Assembly (NCBI GenBank): GCA_031414535.1
Contig: JANNVQ010000046.1
Span: forward strand, 1-41,839
Origin: Gemmatimonas sp.
Lineage (GTDB): Bacteria; Gemmatimonadota; Gemmatimonadetes; Gemmatimonadales; Gemmatimonadaceae
Length of the DNA: 41,839 bases
Direction: 5' to 3'
Shown here: positions 28,012 to 36,294 of the stretch, in pieces
How positions within the stretch are numbered: position 1 is the stretch's first letter
Layout of the letters: each line of letters begins with the position of its first letter
Translations under genes and position numbers: made by a program
The notes under the pieces: model-generated
What the model was told of the DNA's origin: nothing
Databases searched by the model: none
What the model saw: the letters and a program-made list of their open reading frames with translations, nothing else

Positions 28012-29337
28012 ATGGCCGATTCGCTGTTCTCCACGCACCTGAACGTTCCTCTCGCCGCCCGCTTGCGTCCACGAAGCTTGGACGAAGTCGCGGGGCAGAC
28101 ACATCTGCTCGGGCCTGGCCAGCCACTCCGCGTCGCCATCGAAAGCGGGGACACGGGGAGTATTCTCCTCTGGGGCCCGCCCGGCACCGGCAAGACCACC
28201 ATTGCGCGACTGGTCGCGCGTCACGTGAAAGCGGAGTTCGTGCCCTTCAGTGCCGTCACGGACGGCATCCCCAGGCTACGCGAAATTGTTGCTGATGCCG
28301 AGAAGCGCCGCGTCATTGGCGCGCGCACGGTGTTGTTTGTGGACGAGATCCATCGCTTCAATCGCGGGCAACAGGATGCGCTGCTGCCACACGTTGAGAG
28401 CGGCCTGCTCACACTTATCGGCGCCACCACGGAGAATCCAAGCTTCGAACTGAACGGCGCTCTGCTGAGTCGGCTGCGCGTCTTCGTGCTTAAACCGCTC
28501 GGTCCCGATGCGCTTGGCGAACTCATTGACCGTGCGATTTCCGATGCCGATCGCGGATACGGCGGTCGCGCGCTCACGCTCGAAGACCAAGCACGCGCCC
28601 TATTGATCTCGGAGTCCGACGGCGACGCCCGCCGCGCCCTCACTGTCCTAGAAGCGGCCGTCGTCCTCGCCGGCGAGCCGCCGAAGCCGCTCACGCAAGC
28701 GCTCATGGCGCAGGCCCTGCAAACGCGTCTGCCGAGCTACGATAAGAGTGGCGAGCAACACTTCAATCTCATCTCCGCCTACCACAAATCCCTGCGGGGC
28801 AGTGATCCGCAGGCGGCGCTGTATTGGTTGGCGCGGATGGTCGCCGGCGGTGAGGATCCGCTCTATATCGCGCGCCGCACGGTCCGCTTCGCGTCCGAGG
28901 ATATCGGGCTCGCCGATCCGCGCGCCCTGGAACTCGCCATCGCGGCCCGCGACGCCTACCAGTTTCTCGGCTCCCCCGAGGGCGAACTCGCCATCGCCGA
29001 GGCGGCCGTCTACTGCGCCACCGCCCCCAAGAGCAACCGGGTGTACCTCGCCTGGAAGGCTGCGCAGGAAGCGGCTCGGCTCACGCCGTCGGCCCCTGTC
29101 CCCATGCATATTCGTAACGCCCCAACCAAGCTGATGACTGAACTTGGCTACGGGGCGGGGTACCAGTATGCTCACGACGTGCCCGAGGCCTACGTGCCGC
29201 AGGATTATCTTCCAGACGAAGTCCGTGAGCGGGTCTTTTACGAGCCAAGCACCTTTGGTAGCGAAAAGGACATCGCCAAGCGGCTCGAATGGTGGAAGCA
29301 GTTGCGCGACAAGCTCGGTGCGTCATCATCCAGTTGA
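28012..29337 (+). CDS. rarA: Replication-associated recombination protein A (RarA/MgsA AAA+ ATPase)
   Basis: PLAARLRP, WGPPGTGKTT, FVDEIHRFN..QQD, GATTENPSF, SAYHKSLRGSD and ASEDIGLAD motifs; start at ATG 28012, since the upstream extension is repeat DNA. Confidence 0.96.
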   Translation: MADSLFSTHLNVPLAARLRPRSLDEVAGQTHLLGPGQPLRVAIESGDTGSILLWGPPGTGKTTIARLVARHVKAEFVPFSAVTDGIPRLREIVADAEKRRVIGARTVLFVDEIHRFNRGQQDALLPHVESGLLTLIGATTENPSFELNGALLSRLRVFVLKPLGPDALGELIDRAISDADRGYGGRALTLEDQARALLISESDGDARRALTVLEAAVVLAGEPPKPLTQALMAQALQTRLPSYDKSGEQHFNLISAYHKSLRGSDPQAALYWLARMVAGGEDPLYIARRTVRFASEDIGLADPRALELAIAARDAYQFLGSPEGELAIAEAAVYCATAPKSNRVYLAWKAAQEAARLTPSAPVPMHIRNAPTKLMTELGYGAGYQYAHDVPEAYVPQDYLPDEVRERVFYEPSTFGSEKDIAKRLEWWKQLRDKLGASSSS

Positions 29338-29344
29338 ACGGCTG

Positions 29345-29456
29345 TTCACCACGGAGGCACGGAGTCTCGGAGAACGGCAAAGCAGGCTCTTGGTAGTTGT
29401 GGTTCATACCCATCCCGCTCCGTTCTTCCTCTGTGTCTCCGTGCCTCCGTGGTGAA
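29345..29456. repeat. Palindromic REP-like element, TTCACCACGGAGGCACGGAG variant, copy 2
   Basis: Perfect 20-bp inverted arms at 29345-29364 and 29437-29456. Confidence 0.92.
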
Positions 29457-29489
29457 GCCGTTGAATGTTTCCTCAAACGCAATCAATCA

Positions 29490-29945
29490 ATGATCCGCTC
29501 ACTCATCCTCGCCTTTGCCGCACTCTCACTGAGCGGCTGTCAGTCGCTCATGCGTCAGGCCTTCGCCTCGCCGGTCGTCAACGTGTCCGACGTCCGCGTC
29601 CGAAACATCGGCTTGACCGGCGGCACCATTGACGTGGTCCTCGAGATCCAGAATCCCAACGAGTATCGCATTGATGCCGAAGCTATTTCGTACAACTTCT
29701 TCGTGGACACCACCAAGATTGTATCCGGACAGCTCACGCAGCGCCTGACGCTCGAAGAGAAGGGCAAGACCAGCCTCACCATCCCCGTGAACTTCGACAA
29801 TCGTGCGCTTCAGTACGCCATGCGTGCCTACCTGCAGCGGGGCGCGCTCGAGTACAAGGTGGACGGCGTGTTCACGCTCGTCACACCAGTGGGACGTCTC
29901 ACGCGCCCCTACTCGGGCACGGGACGCGTTGAAGGGATGCCGTGA
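29490..29945 (+). CDS. LEA type 2 (WHy domain) lipoprotein
   Basis: Lipobox LSGC and the NPN motif (LEIQNPNEY). Confidence 0.85.
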   Translation: MIRSLILAFAALSLSGCQSLMRQAFASPVVNVSDVRVRNIGLTGGTIDVVLEIQNPNEYRIDAEAISYNFFVDTTKIVSGQLTQRLTLEEKGKTSLTIPVNFDNRALQYAMRAYLQRGALEYKVDGVFTLVTPVGRLTRPYSGTGRVEGMP

Positions 29946-31240
29946 GTAAAGACATTATTGACCTCGCACCCTCGCAGGAGCGTGCCATTCTCGTTGGCGC
30001 GCCGGTCAAGCGGAGCAACGCCAAGCACCACGTGCAGGAGCATTTGGAGGAACTCGCGCGCCTGGCTGATACCGCAGGAGCGAAGGTCGTCGCCACACTC
30101 ACGCAGCAAGTGGACCGGCCCGATCCGTCCACCTACATCGGACGTGGCAAGGTGGAGGAGCTGAAGGCGCTCATCACTGAGAAAGACGCCACGCTCGTGA
30201 TCTTCGACGACGAACTCTCGCCCGCACAGGGCAAGAACCTCGAAGGCGAAGTCGGTAAGCGCGTGATCGATCGCGCGGAGCTCATTCTCGACATCTTCGC
30301 CGTGCGCGCGCGCTCGGCCGAGGCCCGCATGCAGGTGGAACTCGCACAGCTCGAGTATTCGCTGCCGCGCTTGGTGCGCATGTGGACGCACTTGGAGAAG
30401 TTCCGCGGTGGCATCGGCGTGCGCGGCCCCGGCGAAACACAGCTCGAAACCGACCGCCGGCTCGTGGGCCATCGCATTCGGCTGCTCAAGGATCGTCTCG
30501 TGGATGTGGCCAAGGCGCGCGAAATTCAGCGCTCCGGCCGCAGCAATAGCCTGAGGGCCGCGCTCGTCGGGTACACGAATGCCGGCAAGAGCTCCATCCT
30601 CCGCTCCGTCGCGCACTCGGCCGAAGTCTTCGTCGAGGACCGCCTCTTCGCGACGCTCGATCCCTTGACGCGCGAAGTGGACCTCGGCGATCACCAGTCC
30701 GCTCTCCTCACAGATACCGTGGGCTTCATCCGCAAGCTGCCTCACCATCTGGTGGCCAGCTTCCGCGCCACACTCGAGGAAGTGCGAGAGGCCGATCTTC
30801 TCTTTCACGTGATTGATGCCTCGCATCCCACGTGGGAAGAGCAGCGACTCGTCGTGGATGAAGTGCTTGCCGACCTCGGCGTGGCGGCAACGCCCACCCG
30901 CTACGTGTTCAACAAGATGGACGCGCTTCCCGAGGATCAGCGTGAAGCACTGATGGCCCGTATCGCCAACTTGGCGCCCGACTCCCTCTTTGTGTCAGCG
31001 GTGACAGCGGGCGGACTTGAGCCACTGCGTGATGCCTTGCGCGAAGCCCTACGCAACAGGCGACCTGAGGTGGAATTGTTGATTCCGATGACGCACGGCA
31101 AGCTACTCGCCGACGTGCACCGGGCGGGAGAGATTCTCGCAAGTGAGCCGGATCAAGAGGAAGGCGTGATGCGGATTCGCGGGCGTTTTGAGCCTGCTGC
31201 CCTCGCCAAGCTCGAACACGAAGGCGCCACACGCGCATGA
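29942..31240 (+). CDS. hflX: Ribosome-splitting GTPase HflX
   Basis: GPGETQLETDRR, GYTNAGKSS, LFATLD, DTVGFI and NKMD motifs. Confidence 0.97.
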   Translation: MSKDIIDLAPSQERAILVGAPVKRSNAKHHVQEHLEELARLADTAGAKVVATLTQQVDRPDPSTYIGRGKVEELKALITEKDATLVIFDDELSPAQGKNLEGEVGKRVIDRAELILDIFAVRARSAEARMQVELAQLEYSLPRLVRMWTHLEKFRGGIGVRGPGETQLETDRRLVGHRIRLLKDRLVDVAKAREIQRSGRSNSLRAALVGYTNAGKSSILRSVAHSAEVFVEDRLFATLDPLTREVDLGDHQSALLTDTVGFIRKLPHHLVASFRATLEEVREADLLFHVIDASHPTWEEQRLVVDEVLADLGVAATPTRYVFNKMDALPEDQREALMARIANLAPDSLFVSAVTAGGLEPLRDALREALRNRRPEVELLIPMTHGKLLADVHRAGEILASEPDQEEGVMRIRGRFEPAALAKLEHEGATRA

Positions 31241-32346
31241 CGCGGTCGAGGCAGGCGCCTTACGCCGAGCGGCTCGCGCGCCTACGAGCCTCGCTCGCGC
31301 AGAGCGAACTCGATGCGCTGCTCGTCTCCGCACTGCCCAACATTCGCTATCTCACCGGATTCACGGGTTCCAACGGACTCGTCCTCGTGACGGCGGACGA
31401 AGCGGTGCTCGTCACGGACTTTCGCTACGCCGTACAGGTGAAGCTCGAGCTGGCACACGAAGTCAGAGTCGTCATTGAGCAAAGCTCGCTGTGGACGCGG
31501 CTCTGGACTGAACTCAAGTCGTTGCCGAAGGTCGAGGTGCTGGCTTTCGAGACCGCGCATACCACGCATCAGGATGCCGCACGCTACGTGGCGGGTGTGG
31601 GAGAGGGCGGCGCCTGGCATTGGCGTCCGGCACTCAACCTCGTTGAGGTGCTGCGCGAGTCCAAGGACGACTCCGAACTCGCGCACATCCGCGCCGCCGT
31701 TTCAATCGCCGAGCACGCGTTGGCCAAGACGCTCCCGAAGGTCAGGGCAGGGATGACCGAGCTCGCCGTCGCCGGTCTGCTGGAGTACGAGATGCGTCTG
31801 GCAGGCAGCGAGCGGACCGCATTTGAGACCATCGTCGCTGCTGGAGCCCGATCGGCCCTGCCGCACGCCCGCGCGTCAGCCCAGGTCATTGCGAACGGCG
31901 ATCTCCTCCTGATTGACTTCGGGGCCACGAGCGGTGGCTATGTGAGCGATATCACACGCACCTTCGTACTCGGGCGCGCCGCCGACGAGAAGCAGCTTGA
32001 GGTCCACACCGTAGTTCGTGAGGCAAACGCTAGCGCTTCGGCTCTTGTTCGGGCCGGAATGCGCGGAAGGGATGCCGACGGGCTCGCGAGGGACTACATT
32101 CACCGCCGCGGCTATGGGGCCGCATTTGGCCATTCGACGGGGCACGGGATCGGTCTGGAGATCCACGAATCCCCCCGTTTGGCCAAGACCGCCGAGGCCC
32201 CATTGCCTACCGGTTCGGTGGTGACGATCGAACCCGGGATTTACTTGGAAGGGTGGGGAGGGGTGAGAATTGAGGACGACGTCATTCTCACGTCCGAGGG
32301 TCCGCAGGTGATTACGAGTTTCGAGCGTGGGCTAGTGCAACTATAG
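31237..32346 (+). CDS. Xaa-Pro aminopeptidase/dipeptidase (M24 family)
   Basis: NIRYLTGFTGS, DFG...SDITRT, HSTGHGIGLEIHE, TIEPGIY and GVRIEDD motifs. Confidence 0.93.
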   Translation: MTRSRQAPYAERLARLRASLAQSELDALLVSALPNIRYLTGFTGSNGLVLVTADEAVLVTDFRYAVQVKLELAHEVRVVIEQSSLWTRLWTELKSLPKVEVLAFETAHTTHQDAARYVAGVGEGGAWHWRPALNLVEVLRESKDDSELAHIRAAVSIAEHALAKTLPKVRAGMTELAVAGLLEYEMRLAGSERTAFETIVAAGARSALPHARASAQVIANGDLLLIDFGATSGGYVSDITRTFVLGRAADEKQLEVHTVVREANASASALVRAGMRGRDADGLARDYIHRRGYGAAFGHSTGHGIGLEIHESPRLAKTAEAPLPTGSVVTIEPGIYLEGWGGVRIEDDVILTSEGPQVITSFERGLVQL

Positions 32347-32351
32347 AAATT

Positions 32352-32414
32352 GACGGAAGACGGATGACGGATGCTGCTCGCATCGTTGTTCGCATCCGTC
32401 ATCCGTCATCCGTC
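32352..32414. repeat. ATCCGTC-family hairpin element (three heptamers per arm)
   Basis: GACGGAAGACGGATGACGGATGC (32352-32374) versus GCATCCGTCATCCGTCATCCGTC (32392-32414): 23-bp stem, one mismatch, 17-nt loop. Confidence 0.92.
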
Positions 32415-32430
32415 CGACAACAAACTCCCA

Positions 32431-32916
32431 ATGATTGACTTACGCTACGTCAAGAAGCTCCTCGAGATGCTCGACGAATCCACCGTCGACTCCATGGAAA
32501 TCTCGTCCGACAAGGGCATGCGCATTCGGCTGAGCAAGACGCCGGTAGCCCGCGGCACCGTACAGTACGCCGCGGCTCCTGCTCCCGCGCCTGCTCCCGC
32601 GCCTGCTCCGGTGCCCGCCGCTGCCGCATCGGCCGCGCCCATCGCTGAGGCCCCGGTTGCCCCGAGCAGCAAGGGCTTGGATGTGAAGTCGCCGATGGTC
32701 GGCACCTACTATGGCTCGCCCGAACCCGGTGCCAAGGCCTACGTCGCCGTTGGCCAGTCGGTGAAGAAGGGCCAGGTGCTGTGCATCATCGAGGCGATGA
32801 AGATTATGAACGAGATTGAGTCTGAGGTCTCGGGCAAGGTCACGGAGATTCTCGCGACGGATGCAGCGGCCGTCGAGTACGGCCAGGTCCTGTTCCGCGT
32901 GGATCCCAATGGCTGA
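32431..32916 (+). CDS. accB: Acetyl-CoA carboxylase biotin carboxyl carrier protein
   Basis: Ala/Pro linker, SPMVGTYY and the biotinylation motif EAMKIMNEI. Confidence 0.97.
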   Translation: MIDLRYVKKLLEMLDESTVDSMEISSDKGMRIRLSKTPVARGTVQYAAAPAPAPAPAPAPVPAAAASAAPIAEAPVAPSSKGLDVKSPMVGTYYGSPEPGAKAYVAVGQSVKKGQVLCIIEAMKIMNEIESEVSGKVTEILATDAAAVEYGQVLFRVDPNG

Positions 32917-34108
32917 GCAGCAACCGCCGGCAGCGAAGCCCGCGGCGGCGGCTCCTGCCGCATCTGCTGCCGCTTCGCCAGCACCAGCCACGCCCTACAA
33001 TTTCAAAATCGTACTGCAGACCATGGTCCAGCAGGGCGGGTCCGACCTTCACTTGAAGATCGGTCGCCCCCCGACCATGCGCTTGAACGGCGAACTCGTC
33101 CCCATGGAGTTGGCGCCGCTCAAGCCAGAGGACCTGCGCTCGATTGGCGAGCAGATTATCCCGCCCAAGCAGCGCAAAGAATTCGACGAGACCAAGGACG
33201 CCGACTTCGCCATCGGCGTGCCGGGCATTGGCCGCTTCCGCGTGAACGTGTATCAGCAGCGCGGCTCCTTGGCCTACGCCTTTCGCGCCATCGCCTTCCA
33301 AGCGACGACCATCGAAGAGCTCAATCTCCCCAGCATTTTGAAGGAGATCTCGCTTAAGAATCGCGGCCTCGTTCTCGTCACCGGCATCACCGGCTCGGGA
33401 AAGTCCACCGCGCTGGCCTCGATGATTCACTACGTGAACGAGCACAAGCACGCCAACATCATCTCGATTGAAGATCCGATCGAGTTCTTGCACCGCGACA
33501 TCAATTGCCACATCAACCAGCGTGAAGTCGGCACCGACACGGTGAGCTTCGGGCAGGCCCTGCGCCGCGTGTTGCGTCAGGACCCCGACATCATCATGAT
33601 CGGCGAAATCCGCGACCAAGAGACGCTTGAGATTGCGCTCAAGGCCGCCGACACCGGCCACATGGTCTTCTCCACGCTGCACACGATGGACGCGGCGCAG
33701 ACCATCAATCGCGTCCTGTCGTTCTATCCGCCCAACGAACAGGCAGACATTCGCTTTCAGCTCTCCTCCGCATTGCAGGCCGTCGTCTCGCTGCGCCTCG
33801 TGCCGCGCTCGGATCGCCCGGGTCGCATTCCTGCCTGCGAGATTCTCGTCAACACCGCGGCCGTGCAGGACAACATCCGCGATGCCAGCAAGTCGCTGAA
33901 CATTCCTGATCTCATCCGTGAAGGGACGGTGCAGTACGGAATGCAGAGCTTTGACCAATCCTTGATGAACTGGTACAACAAAGGCGTCATCTCGTACGAG
34001 TCGGCGCTCGCGTCCTCCACGAGCCCCGCAGAGTTTGCCCTCCGCACGCAGGGAATTGCGGGCACATCAGACGCCGGCTTCGCCGGTGTCACACAGGACG
34101 CGCGGTAA
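32909..34108 (+). CDS. pilT: Type IV pilus retraction-type ATPase (PilT/PilU family)
   Basis: SDLHL, Walker [31 protein letters not shown], His box [10 protein letters not shown] and [12 protein letters not shown] 32909 overlaps the accB end. Confidence 0.9.
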   Translation: MAEQQPPAAKPAAAAPAASAAASPAPATPYNFKIVLQTMVQQGGSDLHLKIGRPPTMRLNGELVPMELAPLKPEDLRSIGEQIIPPKQRKEFDETKDADFAIGVPGIGRFRVNVYQQRGSLAYAFRAIAFQATTIEELNLPSILKEISLKNRGLVLVTGITGSGKSTALASMIHYVNEHKHANIISIEDPIEFLHRDINCHINQREVGTDTVSFGQALRRVLRQDPDIIMIGEIRDQETLEIALKAADTGHMVFSTLHTMDAAQTINRVLSFYPPNEQADIRFQLSSALQAVVSLRLVPRSDRPGRIPACEILVNTAAVQDNIRDASKSLNIPDLIREGTVQYGMQSFDQSLMNWYNKGVISYESALASSTSPAEFALRTQGIAGTSDAGFAGVTQDAR

Positions 34109-34113
34109 TCCCC

Positions 34114-35466
34114 ATGTTCAAGCGCATCTTGATTGCCAATCGGGGCGAAATTGCCCTTCGCATTATCCGCGCCTGTCGCGAGCTCGGCATCGAGACCGTG
34201 GCCGTCTACTCCGAGGCTGATCGCGAATCCCTGCACGTCCGCTTTGCCGATGACGATGTCTGCATCGGGCCGCCGGCCGCGCGCGATTCCTACCTCCGCA
34301 TCCCGCGCCTGATTGCCGCCGCCGAGATCACCGGTGCCGACGCCATTCACCCGGGCTACGGCTTCCTCGCTGAGAACGCCGAGTTCGCCGAGACCTGCGC
34401 GGCAAGCAACATCACGTTCATCGGCCCCACGCCGCAGCAGATTCGCACGATGGGCGACAAGTCTGCCGCGCGCGCGGCGATGATCGCCAACAACGTGCCC
34501 GTGGTCCCAGGATCGCCTGGTCCTGTCGAGGACGTGGACGAAGCGCTGGCCATCGCTGAGAAGATGGGATTCCCCGTCATCATCAAGGCGTCGGCAGGCG
34601 GTGGTGGTAAGGGCATGCGCGTCGCCAAGGATGCTGACGACTTTGCGCGTTCGTTCCAACTCGCACGCTCCGAAGCGCTGGGCGCCTTCGGCAACGGAAG
34701 CGTCTACGTGGAGAAGTACCTGCAGCGTCCGCGTCACGTGGAGTTCCAGGTCTTCGGTGATACGCACGGCAACGTGATTCACTTGGGTGAGCGCGACTGC
34801 TCGGTGCAGCGTCGTCACCAGAAGCTCGTCGAAGAAGGCCCCTGCCCAGTGATGACGCCGGAACTGCGTCAGCGCATGGGTGATGCCGCGGTGAAGGGTG
34901 CCAAGGCCATCAACTACGTGGGCGCCGGCACCATCGAGATGCTGCTCGACACTGATGGCTCGTTCTACTTCATGGAGATGAACACGCGCATCCAGGTGGA
35001 GCATTGCGTCACCGAGATGCTCACCGGTGTGGATCTCGTGAAGGAACAGATTCGCGTGGCCGCTGGTCTTCCGTTGAGCATGACGAAGACGCCGGAATTG
35101 CGCGGGCACGTGATCGAATGCCGCGTGAATGCCGAAGACCCGCATCGCAACTTCCAGCCGTCGCCGGGCAAGGTGGAGGTGTTCCACATGCCGGGTGGCA
35201 ACGGCGTGCGCGTGGATACGCACGTGTACGCGGGCTACACGGTGCCGCCGTTCTATGACTCGATGATTGCCAAGCTCATCGTGCACGGAAAGGATCGCGA
35301 GGAAGCGCTCGCCAAGATGCGCCTCGCGCTCGACACCTTCATCGTCGAAGGCGTGACGACGACGATTCCCTTCCTCTCCACGCTGATGTCGCATCCCAAG
35401 TTCATCGAGGGCGACATCCATACCAAGTTCTTGGAGCAGGAAGGGGCGGACCTGTTCACGACTTGA
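34114..35466 (+). CDS. accC: Acetyl-CoA carboxylase biotin carboxylase subunit
   Basis: [41 protein letters not shown] and [10 protein letters not shown] motifs. Confidence 0.98.
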   Translation: MFKRILIANRGEIALRIIRACRELGIETVAVYSEADRESLHVRFADDDVCIGPPAARDSYLRIPRLIAAAEITGADAIHPGYGFLAENAEFAETCAASNITFIGPTPQQIRTMGDKSAARAAMIANNVPVVPGSPGPVEDVDEALAIAEKMGFPVIIKASAGGGGKGMRVAKDADDFARSFQLARSEALGAFGNGSVYVEKYLQRPRHVEFQVFGDTHGNVIHLGERDCSVQRRHQKLVEEGPCPVMTPELRQRMGDAAVKGAKAINYVGAGTIEMLLDTDGSFYFMEMNTRIQVEHCVTEMLTGVDLVKEQIRVAAGLPLSMTKTPELRGHVIECRVNAEDPHRNFQPSPGKVEVFHMPGGNGVRVDTHVYAGYTVPPFYDSMIAKLIVHGKDREEALAKMRLALDTFIVEGVTTTIPFLSTLMSHPKFIEGDIHTKFLEQEGADLFTT

Positions 35467-35524
35467 GACGTGAGACTTGAGACGGGAGACCGAAGAGTGG
35501 GACGGATGACGGATGACGGATGCT
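35464..35524 (+). repeat. Two adjacent heptamer arrays: TGAGACG-type x4 and GACGGAT x3
   Basis: TGAGACG TGAGACT TGAGACG GGAGACC (35464-35491, first unit begins with the accC stop) and GACGGAT x3 (35501-35521). Confidence 0.88.
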
Positions 35525-35537
35525 TGTTGGGGGAGCG

Positions 35538-36284
35538 TTGACGGTCTCGGTGGTGACGAGCTGGATACGGCTCCCTCAATCCGTTTCGGGCGTCGTCTGC
35601 GTGATTGACGTGCTGCGCTGGTCGAGCGCAGTGGTCACGGCACTCTCTAACGGCGCGACCCGCGTCGAAGCCTTCGCCGAGCCTGCTGAGGCCTTGGACC
35701 GCAAGCTCGAACTGGGCGACGAAGCGCTGGCGGTGGGTGAACGCAAGGCGCTTCCGATTCCTGGATTCGCGCTGGGGAATTCGCTGCGTGACTACTCCGC
35801 CGCGGTTGTGGGTGGCAAGGTGCTCTGTAGTACCACGACGAACGGTACTGCGGCCCTGCTCGCGGCGAGCGGCGCCGAGTGGGTGTTGGTGGGGAGCTTC
35901 CTCAACTTCGGCGCCACGGCAGGTGCGCTGGCCTCGCTGCTGTCGCGCGGACTGCCCGTCACCTTGCTCGCCGCTGGCAATGCGGGCGAGGAATCACTCG
36001 AGGATACGGCCTGCGCCGGCGCCTTCGTAGATTGGCTCGTGACGGCCCCGCTCATCCGCGAAGCGGAACTGGATGGGTCTGCACGTCGCGCCCGTGATAT
36101 TTGGGTGCAACATGAGCGCTCGCCGGCGCGGGTCTTTGCGGCCGCCCCTCATGCGAATACGCTCATTGAGGCGGGGTACGCCCACGATCTTCATGACGCA
36201 GCGCAGCTGAATACCTCGGCACTCGTTGTCGCGGCCAAGCGCAACATTGTGCAGATTGCTACGCAACTTCTCGTGGCCCAGTGA
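35538..36284 (+). CDS. 2-phosphosulfolactate phosphatase (ComB) family protein
   Basis: VIDVLR, GER, GNS, TTTNGT and LEDTACAG motifs; start uncertain (TTG 35538, or ATG 35520 which lies within the repeat). Confidence 0.82.
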   Translation: MTVSVVTSWIRLPQSVSGVVCVIDVLRWSSAVVTALSNGATRVEAFAEPAEALDRKLELGDEALAVGERKALPIPGFALGNSLRDYSAAVVGGKVLCSTTTNGTAALLAASGAEWVLVGSFLNFGATAGALASLLSRGLPVTLLAAGNAGEESLEDTACAGAFVDWLVTAPLIREAELDGSARRARDIWVQHERSPARVFAAAPHANTLIEAGYAHDLHDAAQLNTSALVVAAKRNIVQIATQLLVAQ

Positions 36285-36294
36285 TGGCGAAGAT

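Noticed and set aside
32575..32612. 12-bp repeats in accB (GCTCCCGCGCCT)
   Set aside because: They encode the ordinary Ala-Pro linker of biotin carboxyl carrier proteins.
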